The position numbers and the translations under genes were made by a program. Positions 1 through 12,149 of a stretch of 64,000 bases of DNA are shown piece after piece. The stretch spans positions 515,087-579,086 of the forward strand of contig JAAOMT010000096.1 of the NCBI GenBank assembly GCA_016748015.1. Direction: 5' to 3'. Source of the DNA: Geosiphon pyriformis uo1. Taxonomy: Eukaryota > Fungi > Glomeromycota. The notes under the pieces are model-generated. The model was not told the origin of the DNA. It ran no database searches and saw only the letters and a list, made by a program, of their open reading frames with translations. The first letter of the stretch is position 1. The number at the start of each line of letters is the position of its first letter.

Positions 1-2070
1 TATTGAAATATGGGCGTTTTCACTGTCTGCCTACTTTTTGAAAATACACAACGGCTTGCAGAGAAAAAGGCTGCAATGATTTTTTATCTATTTGCTCTTC
101 GGCAATCGAATTTTCTTTTTGGATATCATCCCTTCGACTGAAATTCACCAACCAATTCATCCAGAGAAGAAAAATAAAATACCACATTTACATATATCTG
201 CAAGATTAATGGGTGTCAATTTATGCGTCCTGGGCGAAGACCTCGAATACACCGAATTTCCAAAATATTAAAAGGAAATGAAAATTCCCCATGTTCATCC
301 TTTTACGGCTTGCACACAGCTCATAAGTTGTGCACACTTGGGATCAGGACAAAGGTGGTCAAGTCTCGCTCTTTGAAATATTTTATTATTAAAACTTGAT
401 AACATCATACTCTCCAAAGATCTGCTGAACATTTTTGCGATAAGCCGTTGAATTTTCAAGACACCACTCTGATAAGCAACTGGAATTTGATGTGTTGACC
501 GTTGTGTAAAGTTCGAAGAGACCAGTAGAAAGTTTTATTTCGCTCGTTCTTTTGTTGGTTTTACGTTTCAAATTTCGCGTCCAAAAAAATTACCTGTTAT
601 CCTCACCCAATTATAAAATTTGAAAAACCCACAAAAAATACTCATAGAAATTCAAAAATCAAATACATTTTTTCTTTGACAAAAATCAAAAAAAGCCAAA
701 CCAACCAAAATGCCAGCCAAGCCGGCGCGGTTCCGAACTTTGATTATTCAAAAATGTTGCCATATTCTTATGTGTACCCGAGTCCAGAGAATACCACTTG
801 CTGCATCGATCCACGTATTCCTCATCATCATCAATAACCTATTGTGTAAATCCACCACCTTCTGGAACGCGTCGCCAGGAACCCTTAAAATAAGGGCAAA
901 GCAATTCGATTCTTAGCAGAATTTCTTGGTCGACGTGAACACATAAATATGTTTTTATATCTGGGATAAAACGTTTGTGTTTCAGTCGTCTGCAGGACCT
1001 GTGTTTGCACCATGGCCTGAATTTCACTTATACTAAATGTGTGATATATTTTCTCTTCCTTCCATGTATTTATTTTATTGGATCTTTTTTTACATTCACA
1101 TACCGTACATTCCCCTCACACAAATATCGCTTTCTTTGTTTATTATTATTTTTCAGGTTTTTCTACATATCATCATCAATCAATCATATAACCCCTTTGT
1201 GTTCTGTAAATAATGTGAAGTTTTCCTCCCCGACACTTTTTTTTCTTTTTGTGAAGATATATATGGCAATTTTTAATAAAAAATTAACATATACTTAAGA
1301 TGCCACGTTTCCATCTAAATTTCATTGATCATAAAGCAACCTTTCGGCTGAAAGGCCATGAGGGAACAGGTACTGTATGACAAACTGTTAATCTTGTAGC
1401 AGCTTAAAGCTTTCGACACTGCTCCATATGAAAAAATTTAACACTTATAAATTCTCGAGTAAAGGTAATTGCTCTGAGGTATTGGCACACTAAACCAATA
1501 CTCGGTTTGGGTAATTTATCTCATATTAAAAAGCTCTGGTTACCAGTAGGCCTTTAATTAATAGATTGACAGCTTTTGAGAATTATACTCGATCTAGACA
1601 TTTGTTAACTTTGTGAAGTTTCTCAAGGACATTGCAGATGGTATAAATCTTGTAATAAAACCTTTTACCAATCTGATAAATTGCATGTCAAAGGATCGGT
1701 ACTTTTTTTTGGATAGACGTTTAGGAATGGATAGCGAAAAAGCGAAATTATTCATTATATAGGTATGAATCTAGTATCTAATAACCTGATGTTTGATAAC
1801 TGAAGCCATTATAGCATCCCTACAGAAAAACGTCTAGATTCAGATGAAATGCTCCCTGACCAGATTCATTAATATGATTGTTTCCCACGTCCAATTATGA
1901 AATGTCTTGAAGTGTTCATAGAGAAACCTTTTTGATGGGCTGAGATGCTTGAAATAGAGCTATATGGAAACTAGAAAATGATGATAAATTAATTTTCAAA
2001 GAATAATATTTTTAAGGATATTTCCTAGACTTGTGAAAAGTCCCTGGTTTATGTCGCAAAATGGGTCATC

Positions 2071-3505
2071 TCAGCGCGCTTCGACTCGTTGCACCAGCGT
2101 TCCATCTTTTTCACGCACATATACTCGCCTTCTCTTGAAAATTTGAAAAAACTTATTTAGCAATACTATAATTGAGAACAGGTGGATAAATTCAAATACT
2201 TACATCTGTGGAAATATCGTTGAATACAAATCTAAATCTGCTATTTGCTTCAGTCTCATCTTTCCTAATTACTATTACTTCTTCCTTTTGTTTTTTCTCT
2301 TCAAGCACAAACGGTTTCATATCCATGGTTTTTTGTATAGTAGCGAAGGGCTCACGCTTGAGTAATTTTGCCGCATCCTAATATTTTAAGTGTTGCGAAA
2401 GGATATGTTAGTCACTGACACAATTATAGTAGTTCACATTATAGGTTGCTTACGTCTGGAGTAAATTCATCATCTTCCCCAACGAGTACGAAAAAGGGTT
2501 TGTTCACTTTTGGAATAATGTTGCGTAGTGGTTCTTTTGCTCGTTTGTCAGGCTTTACACCAAGCATGCTTTCCATATTCTTACAAAAATCAGTTTCAAT
2601 TGGGATTCCCTTTGGTTATGAACGTAGCCCATCAAAGTTATTTAAAAAGTAAAATAAGTCAGTGATGAATTGTTCTAAATTAGATTTGTAGATCATCCAT
2701 AGGCAGAAAAGGGTTTTCAGATGCTCAGTCAAATTTGCGAGTTGAAACCATTTTGGCGTCTTAAAGACTAATCATTTGATAGCATCACCGCCTCTGAAGT
2801 ATCAAGATTTTCCTCCAAACCAACAAAGAATAAAATGTCTTAATTTTTGATTCTCGGTCACAAGTAGAAAAAATTAAAAGATCCCCAAATAAATCAGCCG
2901 ACGGTGTTCAGGAAATACCTGAGAAATCATTTTCTTTTCTTGATGTTTTAATTTTAAAACAGCTTCAACCCTTTTTATGGAAATTCCAAGCTCTTCCCCA
3001 ATGTTCACAGTAGATTGTCCGTTCTCAGTGAACATTATATATATTTTGTCTTTGATAGCATTGTCAAGTGGGGGCTTTGGTTTAAACAGAGGATTCATGG
3101 GGAACGGCTAATAGAGTAACAGGATGTCTTTGTTATCTGAAAAATATAATTTGGTCTGACACGAATATAAGTTTAGTCTTTGGCAAAAGCAGAACTTTCT
3201 TACATGAGTTCCCGCGGAATAATTCGTGGTACCTGGAACGGGATTTCTAAAACTATATCCCTTCTCAGCAAGCCATTTTTGGACTCTTTTGGGTAACTTT
3301 GTCTTAATATTTGAAGTCATTGAAGAGACTGACATATCGTTAGAATTTCCGTGTCCGTTTCGGGTGGTCGGAATTTTGCTACACCAAAGAGTAGGTGCTA
3401 GAGCAATGAACCCTATAATATTATAGATGACACAAGTCTCGGTTCTAGATTTAAACCCTTTATGTAAAGCTGTTGAAGAAAAAGTTGCTTTATCCAAGAT
3501 CCCAT
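2071..3505 (-). CDS. MRPS35: Mitochondrial small-subunit ribosomal protein mS45 (MRPS35/Bot1 family), about 279 aa, 6 exons
   Basis: Hand-spliced exons 3505-3457, 3412-3204, 3107-2919, 2609-2454, 2377-2204 and 2133-2071, all GT-AG with consistent phases. The product contains NY..GTHPFPMNPLFKPKPPL..KDKIY...GEELGISIKRVEAVLKLK, the Bot1/mS45 signature (PFPxNPxF...IY...LG+xxxRVxA+++LK), and a C-terminal FRFVFND...YVREKDGTL. Exon 1 and the start codon are the least certain part. Confidence 0.85.
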
Positions 3506-3682
3506 TTCGGTTAAGGTGAAGACAATAAAATGTTCTTATTTGAAACTATTTAGATTGCAAAGGTTCTGTGACACATATCTATTAGATCTTGATATTTCCG
3601 TGTGATATATAGACGCAATTGAAATTTATAGTTGTATTTCTGACGATCATGTGTAACACGCGTCTTTTTATTTTAAATAAAA
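3506..3682. promoter_or_regulatory. Short bidirectional promoter region between two divergent genes, with an ACGCGT (MluI/MCB-like) box at 3658-3663
   Basis: Only 177 bp separate the two divergent predicted ATGs (3505 minus, 3683 plus). ACGCGT is read directly; its function is inferred. Confidence 0.5.
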
Positions 3683-5035
3683 ATGAAATTGTCTCAACCT
3701 CAAAACATTCACTCAAAATCAACTTCATATAGGTATATTCCCATACAGAAGACGAAAATTAATGAATACCTTTCAAAAACTACTGGCAGAACGATAATTG
3801 GGAAGCCCCAATTTCAAGGTGAAAATCGTGATTTTTCGAAATTCCCTGCATTATGGTAATCTACGGTTTTTCTTAAATTTTAGCGGCAAGAGTTCAAATA
3901 TCGAGTCCAACGTATCACCATACTTTGAGAAATTCTGCTAAAGATGGCTTAGGAGCCGAGATTCATCAGAACTTGCAATCCAAAAGGTTAATCAAAACTG
4001 ACCTTTCTCCACAATATTTCTTAGAATCAGGCAATGAGTTGGAAGAAAATATTAACGACGAACAAATCAAAAGGTATTTATGGTGGGAACTTTAGATTCG
4101 TAAATTTTTGGTTGAAAGACCTTTTAAATTTTTTGTTCCTGTAACAGCGGAATTGACCAAACTGAAATTATGCTTGCTTTGGCTGGTAAAGAGACTTCAT
4201 TCAAATTAAATTAAATAGTGATTATTTGACTAAAAAAAGTCTCAAGAAATTTTAAATCCCCCCCAGCTGTTCTCAAAAAGCGTGAGACTCAAATTGCCAA
4301 ATCGATAGACAATCAATTTGAAATTAGCAAGACCACTATGATTGAAATACTCAAAAGCTATCTCGAAAAGGAAGACAACATTACGTAAGTTAAGTGTAAA
4401 TTTCAGAAACTCATCCCAGTTAAGAATTTCATTATCTCCTTTGTTTTCAAAGCAACAAGATCGTGTCTGAGTACAAAACTCGAATGGACGAATTTGCAGA
4501 GGAAAAATTGAATTGCTTAAGAAAGCTGCGTCTGGGATTTGAGAAGTATCAAGTGAGCAACACTTGGAAAATTGTCGAATTACTGTTATCGTTTTATTCA
4601 CCCTCTTTCAATCTTTTAGTTAACAACTTTTAACCTTCTCGAGAATCTGGACAAAAATTACTCCCAATGTTTGCGTGCACGAAGAGAGTTTGATAAAGAT
4701 ATGGAGCAATTACGTTTGTATTGAAATTTTCTACCTACCTTGAATTTCTTCAAACACCTTATGTCTCACACAGGAAATAAATTGATCAGAACACGTACAA
4801 GAAGTTGAAATGGCTCAGCTCCAGGAAGAAATTCATAACTCCAGTGAACATTTTCATCATTTATTGGCAAATGCAGCAAAGGTTTTTTATTCTCAATAGT
4901 TGTCTCAAAACATATTCAAATGCGTTTGCATCAATTCATATACTCCAATCAAAATGATCGAATTTTTTGGTTTTTCAGGAATCGTCTCAGAAACCGTCCA
5001 TTAGTAAGCAATTACAATCCTTTTTCAAATATTAA
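3683..5035 (+). CDS. Hypothetical coiled-coil protein, about 274 aa, 8 exons; possible SYCP3/Cor1-like meiotic axis protein
   Basis: Hand-spliced exons 3683-3818, 3884-4073, 4148-4185, 4267-4384, 4453-4552, 4620-4713, 4790-4881 and 4979-5035, all GT-AG, 825 nt in total with no internal stop. Polar N-terminus followed by a long helical region ending ...SISKQLQSFFKY. The exon-7 acceptor skips a nearer AG at 4773 and is uncertain. Confidence 0.75.
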
Positions 5036-6019
5036 AAGCTTTTCAATCTGTTAAAAGCACTGACGTTTCGGGATGACGATTTCAATCAAATTATGGTTGG
5101 TCTCTATAACTTCTTTCACTGTACTTTCATATGGTTAGAGGTCACAATCTAGATGGAGTTAAGGTTTATTTAAGAAATTTTATTTTAATATTATTTATTA
5201 ATTTGTATATAATGCTCAAAAATGTTGTTAAAAAATAATAAAATACAAATTTTTTAATAAATTTTGACATATATAAAATTAACAAAGATAATTTGAATTT
5301 TTATTTTAGTTTTTTTATAAAGTTTAAAAAACAATTATATAATTGTTTACAACAGCTTTTTTTATTTACATTATTGTTATCCAACATATAAACTATACAA
5401 ATCAGTTATTATTTTATAAAAGTTTTAATTTAAATTTTAAAAAAAATCAGTTTTTTAATTTTGTATTAAACTTGTTTTTACCAACTAATAATGATTATTA
5501 AAATAATAAATTTTAAAAAAAAATTATTTTTATTTTTATGTTATTAGTTTAACTTTTTAAATTAAATAATATTATAACATATTTAAATAAAAACATATAT
5601 TAAGACACAAATTTGTTTTGTTTTTAATAATTTGTTAAAAATATTATATTAAACAATACAATTATTTTTAATTTGTATATATTTTAATAAATACATATTT
5701 GTTTTTGTATTTAAATTAAAAAAGATATTTTTTTTTACAATTAAATTTAAATAAACTATTATAATTAGTATTATTAATACAAAACTAATAAAAATATTTA
5801 AAAAAACTAAAATCTTATTTTTAAAAAAAAAACAGATTTTAAAATAATTAAAACCAATAATTAACATTTTAAACAATTTAAAAAAAAAGTATTTTTTTAA
5901 ATTTACAACAAATTAATTATTTTAATAAAATAAAAATAAATAATTGTTTTTATTTATTTAAAAAATAATAAAAAACAAATTAAAATTTTTATTAAAAAAT
6001 AAAATCTTTTTTTTGTCAA

Positions 6020-8265
6020 TCTCTTGACCATAATGAAAGTGAAAAATTTATCAAAAATATAATTTTTTTTTCTTTTCTCTCCTTTGTTTTTTTTAGTTAT
6101 TTCTTCAAATACATTTTTATTTGTAATAATAGAACTAGTAAACTTATCTGTTAGTAGTTCTGGCTTTGGTTTGGCTGAATTAGAAATCTGCTCTAACACC
6201 AAAAAAAAGCATGTGAAAAATGTTTACTTTTATAGTATGTTGTATAAAAAGCCAAAAAAACCTGAAGCTAGTAGTAGTATGATTGACTTGTCTGCTAGAT
6301 TTTTGAGTTTAATAGATATTAAAGTTTTTGATATGAAACTTACAATGTTCTGGGGTGATAAAGTTGGTAACATGGCTAATAGTATTAGTGGTTTTTCTGA
6401 TGTAAAAAATATAAAAAATATGTTTGCCAAAAAAACCAGCTATATAGACTTGAATACTTCTGGAGACAGTAAAAATAAGGATAAAACAACATCTAAAAAA
6501 ATCTGTGTTCTAATGTTTGATAATATAAATAATAATAATAACATTTTAATGCTTTTTCTTTTCAAGTTTATTGGCTTAGTGCCATTGGCTGGATTATATG
6601 CTTCAGAAAAATGTAGTTTTAAGCCAGTCAAATCTTTTACATTGAATATTAAACTGTTTGCTGTACTTGGTAAAACCAATTATAATAAGTTGATTGCTGT
6701 AAAAAAAATTTTCTATTATATTGATGGTTTTGGGAAAGCCTCTATTCTCTCAAAATTTTTTGGGATAATCAAATCTTTTTTTACATCTGAATTAAGTTTG
6801 AAAAAAACAAAAAATTTGGCTATCAGTAAGAAAATTCTGGTTAATAATAACATAAAAAAAAACAAATAGTCATATAAATTAGAAAATAATTGTTAAGAAG
6901 ATTTTAGTAAATCTTTTTAAATTAACAATAAAGACAGTTTTTTCCAAATTTGGCAAGATTACTTTAATTAAAATACAGTTAATTGGTCTTTGGCAAAAGG
7001 TCTTAGTTGAATTTAAGTTAGCAAATATTGTCTGTTTGGTTATTTTTAAGTAGTCAGTTCTCATGAGAAAAAATTCTGTATGTATAGCTTTGGTAATTAA
7101 TAATAAACAGTCATAAGTATCTAAGAATCTTTATTAAGTATTGTTGTATATTTTGCCAGTTGGCACTACTGTTCATAACTTATCTAATTTGTTGGAATTA
7201 TATAATAAGAAAACCTATTGTATTGGTCATAATCCGAGTTTATATGTGTATAATAGATGTGTTATAATTTGTTTTGCTAATAAGGCATTCAAAGTGGCTG
7301 TTATTGGCTTTATTTTGGTTTTTAAGAATGTAAATTTGTGTTAAACTGGTTTTTCTTTGGCCTATTGTGCCCTATGTAAACAATTTGGTTATGTTTTTAA
7401 TATGTGTTTAGTAAATAAAAATCTTGGAGTTTATAGTAAATAAGTGATTACTTTTTAGGATCAGGTTTATTTAGCCAATATATATAAAAAAAAGCAAGTT
7501 TTAATTGCTTGTCTGGTATTTTTTGGTAAAAAAACTTGGGTCAGATTGCTAATAGTTTCATTTTTTATGTAGTGCCTTTGGTCTCTTTTAATGCTGATTT
7601 ATTTTCAAATGTTAAATCTATCTTGCTAGTTTTTTTAAAAGTTAATACTAGGTTTGCCACTTTTAAGCACAGTCTTATCAGTCTTGTAAAACAGATTAAC
7701 AAGCTGGCTAAAAGATTGAATGCATTCAAACCAACAATTTCTCAGCCTAGCTCTAAATGTTAACTATTGATAACCTCTTTATTACAGAATCAAGAAATAA
7801 ATATAGTGATAAGTAAAAGTTTGGGTGCAGTCATTAATAATGAGATTGTTGTAAAGACAGTAGTTTTTGATTAATTGTTTGTTTCAAAGTTAAAAAAAAA
7901 CATAGACAATCTGTTAACTACAGTTATGAACTTGATGATCAAGGTAAACAATTTTAATTTAAGTGCAAAAAAAATTTTTTTTTAATAACAAATCTGGTAT
8001 AAAAGTTTACTGCTTGTAATGTTAAAGATTTAAATATTCCTGTTAAGAAAAAAGACATTGTTTATTGACATGTAAATTCGAATATTATGGTTTTTTTTGT
8101 AATAAAAATAAAGTTAAGGTTTAGTATTAAATCTTGAATTGCAAATAAGTTTATGGAAGTACAAATTTTTATATCTGATTTGAAAAAAGGTTTTCTTGGT
8201 ACTAGAATAACCATTATTATAAACAATTTTTTGGCTTGACATGTTTCTAAGATAAAAGAAATTCC
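6020..8265 (+). mobile_element. Decayed non-LTR retrotransposon (LINE family L-A): ORF1 plus the start of the ORF2 AP endonuclease
   Basis: ORF 6084-6869 and following fragments; RRM-like SKFGKITLIKIQLIGLWQK; decayed CX2CX4HX4C knuckle near 7365-7410; endonuclease start (ACNVKDLN) near 8010. Homologous to 32517-33960 and 60877-62039. Confidence 0.8.
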
Positions 8266-10370
8266 AACATACTATTATTACCAAAAAAACTCACTTTATC
8301 TATTTAAAGTCTTATTAATTCAATTATTACAATAATAAATTCATCAAAAAAAAATAAACTGAATAAAAAATCTTGGATTTATATAAAAAACCAAAAGTAA
8401 ATAGGCTTTTTTAGTTGTAGTGGTATCCAAAAAAAATAAAACTCTACACTTGTATATTGACTACTACCAATTAAATACTATTATTAAAAGAAACATATAT
8501 CTATTTATTAAAATTAATGCAATGCTAAATCAATTTAATAATACTACTTTCTTTTTAACTATTGATTTAACTATTAGATTTTGACAAATAAAAATGGATC
8601 TAAAAAGCAGAAAAAAAACTGTTTTTATCACTAAATATAATACTTACAAATTTACAGTCATGTTTTTTGGTTTTACTAATGCTTTTCTTATTTTTTAATA
8701 TTTAATGGGCAAAATATTTAAATCAGTAAAAAAAAACTTTATTCTAATTACTTAAATAATATAATAGTATATTCAAAAATCTGGAATAAATATTGTTACT
8801 CATAAAAATTAGGAATTATAATAATAAGTAAAATAATTAATCAAAAATAGACATAATAAAAGAAGGAATTCCAGAATTTCTCTTGAAAAATTGCAGGATT
8901 TTAAGAAATCTTATATAATATAAATTAGATATATATAGTGAAAATATTAAAATATTCATTTGATTCAGACAGAACAGTAATTAACAATAACTATTTATCC
9001 CATATCTCTTTTTTCAAAAGATATTTTTTTATGACTTAAAGTGAAATTATTTCTATATTAATAAAATTATTCATTATTATTCAATTCATATTATTATTAC
9101 TTGATTAAAGAAATATTAATCTATTCTATTCTATCAATACTTTATGTTAATAGAATTCAATGCTTAACTATACTAGATTAATAGCTCTTGATCACAGTTA
9201 TTAATAGAATATTAATTTTTTATTTTTATTTATTTTTTATTTATTTTTTTTATTTCATTTTTTTGTTGTTTACTAATTAATTAAAAAGATTAAATGTTGA
9301 GTATTTGATGTTAAGAATAGTCTGGTAAAAAACCTGAAAACAAAAGTAAAAATTTAAGGATAGTTTACTAGAAGGGCATAACTGTTAAAATAAACTAGTC
9401 ATTATACTAAAAAAAAAATTCACATAAGAAATCATTAATTAAATCTCTGTCTATTATATAAAAAACTTAACCAAAACCTTCTAACTCCAAAATCTAGAAA
9501 TTACCAATATTACCAGCTATTGAGCACCAAGTTATAAGTTTGTTATTTGTTTTAACACTCCAAATAATCATCTATAACAACATCTTAAATATTTGTTAAA
9601 AGTTTTTAATTTTTTCAAAAATGTTGGTCTTAAAATCAATCCAATTAAATCTTTTTTTGAATGTCAATCTACCCAATTTTTTGGTTATTTTATTATAAAA
9701 GATGAAATTTTCTTTAATCCAACCAAGATTATAAAAGTTCAGAATATTAAACAACTAATAAATATATATAAACTATGTTTTTTTTTGGTTTGGCCTTTTA
9801 TTATCACAAATTTGTTAAAAATTTCTTTAAAATTGTCTCTTTTTTTAATTAATTACTCAGAAAAAATGTTAATTGCTACTAAAGTATACAATAACAAAAA
9901 ACATTTAAAATTCTAAAAAAAAATTGGTTACAAAATCTATTCTTAAGCAATTTAATCTGAATTAATTTTTTATTTTCTATATTAATACACCTAATTATAG
10001 ACTTAGCACTGTTTTCTTATAAAAAAATAAAAATAATAAAGAACATACTATAGCATATGTCAATAGAACTTTTTTATTAGCAGAACAGAACTATTCAATT
10101 ATTAAGCAAGAATGCTTAGCAGTAGTTTGGTTTACCAATTATTGGAGCAAAGTTTTTGGCTGTACAATAAAAAAAATTTAAAATACAAACAAATAACTTA
10201 CTAGATATTTTACTTAGATAAATTTAATTATAATATATAATATTACAAAAAAGTTAATTATTAAAATACCAATACTCTTTTCAAACCAACTTAATTATTA
10301 GTAACTTTCTCTTAATCAAACATAATAATAGACTTGGACAACTACTTTGCATTAATAAAATTTTTGAATG
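8266..10370 (+). mobile_element. Decayed Ty3/gypsy family C RT-RNase H fragment, split by a solo LTR
   Basis: ORF 9593-9916 (KVFNFFKNVGLKINPIKSFF) is a C-to-T/G-to-A decayed copy of ORF 53069-53728. The 8266-8793 part matches the RT region at about 53740-54270. Confidence 0.85.
8794..9579 (+). mobile_element. Solo LTR, family A
   Basis: TGTTAC...ATAACA termini. Flanks ATAT/ACAT give a 4-bp TSD with one transition, and removing the LTR restores the RT reading. Shares AATAGCTCTTGATCACAG and the 3' end with LTRs at 19491, 31650 and 62040. Confidence 0.85.
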
Positions 10371-12149
10371 TCTTAGAAAAAATTAAAAGTTGTTAAAAAT
10401 TTGTTTTTTAATGTAAATAGTTTTGAAAAGATTTTTACTTTTTTAAAAATTTGGTTTAATAAACAATTATGAAATATTAAGAATATACATAAAACTTTGC
10501 TTTATATTTTTTAATAAACACAACTGTTTATAATTTTTGAAATTTTATTAATTTAATTAGTAAAAAAAACTTGTGTAATTAATTATAATTTTGTTAACTA
10601 TTTTGAATTTAAATCAGATTAAATTAACAAGAATTTATGTAAAAAAAATTAACTTTTATTATTATCAAAAAAAACATGATTTTAAAAATCTTTTTAGTAA
10701 TAATAATACTTTTTTTAGCAATATATACAGCCAAGTATATTATTATTGACTATAGTATATACATAATTATATAGATTATTTTAGTATTTAGGAGAGCAAA
10801 AAATTAATAAAAAAATTGGTAAAATAAAAAAAAGTATTGTTATTATTATTTATTTTTGGATAAGAATTAGTTTTAATGTAAATTTTATAAAAAAATAATT
10901 AAATCCACATTTAGAACACAAAAAGCAAATTAAAACTAGAAAACAAACTATTTAACTAAAGTATAACCAGAATTTTTTCAAAGAATTATTGAAAAAATGT
11001 GGTATTTAAAAATTTATTTTGAAAGTAAAAATAAAAAAATTATAAAAAATTTTATAAAAAAAATATAACTGAAATATTTAATTAATTAAATATTATTGTT
11101 GAAATCTAATCTTTAATAATATAATATTTTTTATTATTTAATTAGTATTATAACAAAAACATATAATAAAACTAATAACTTATTTAATAAAATAAAACAT
11201 AATATAAAATATTAATAATATGTATTAAATAACTAAAAAGTAATAAAAAATTTGAAAAAATAATAAAAAATACATACATATTTTAAATATTAATAAAAAA
11301 TATTTAACTTAAAAAAAAAAAACATAAAAAAAATAATAGACTGCTTATTATAAAATTATAAAAAAAAGTTGCTTTAATATAAAAACTGATATTTTTTTTA
11401 GTTTATAGAAAACTGTATATATAATTAAATTACATAAAATCTACATATTATATTAAGACTATTTTAAATATATTAATTATTTATATATATTAAATTACAC
11501 AATTTAGTTGTAAATTTACTTAGTATATTATTTTTTTAGAAGTTAATAATTTAGATAATTAGATTTATATAGCTAAATTTAGAACTATAATTATATATTA
11601 TTAATACTAATTATAATTATAATTAATATAATCAGACATAAATCAATTAATTATATTATTTAGTAATTATTTTTGAATAATAATTGCAAATTTAGAATAT
11701 TAGACTGTATAAATAAGAACATATAAAAATTTTAAATATAACAAAGTCTGTTGTTATTAGATTATATATATTAATTTTTAATTTTATTAATGTTTTTTAA
11801 TTTGTCAAAAATTTTTTGTATTTAATTTAATTAAATAATTAGATTGTACTATATTTTTTTGTTGTTATTAAGCTAATTATTGATTTTTATTTTCTATTTG
11901 TTAACTGATTTTGTTAATTAAACATAATAATATAGATTTTTTTTACATAATTTTAATGATAATTTTCATAATATGTATTGTAATTTTTGTATTAAAAAAC
12001 TATAAAAATCTCTAATAATATTTTTATCTATTTAATAACTTTTAGTAGCAAATCTTAGACATCTGTTGTAATAAATTTTTTTTCAGATGTTTTCAGATAT
12101 TTTTTTTTGGTTTGGTATTTTAAATAAAGTTATATCTTTCTAAGTAGAT

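Noticed and set aside
1-1300. Host-like, CpG-containing DNA with short ORFs (389-571, 710-916, 839-1027, 975-1298) and possible minus-strand splice sites
   Set aside because: Several incompatible splice models are possible and none gives a recognisable protein. It may be the UTR or 5' part of a gene outside the window.
4242-4601. 119-aa minus-strand ORF
   Set aside because: Antisense shadow of exons 4-5 of the plus-strand coiled-coil gene.
5649-6202. Hydrophobic F/I/L/K/N-rich ORFs that look like membrane or mitochondrial proteins (also 36157-36499)
   Set aside because: Composition artefact of near-pure AT decayed repeats; no organellar gene motifs.
7985-8030. Frequent in-frame TGA/TAA/TAG at Trp, Gln and Arg positions taken as a sign of an alternative genetic code
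   Set aside because: All are explained by TGG, CAA, CAG or CGA transitions in dead elements, and the host genes translate cleanly with the standard code.
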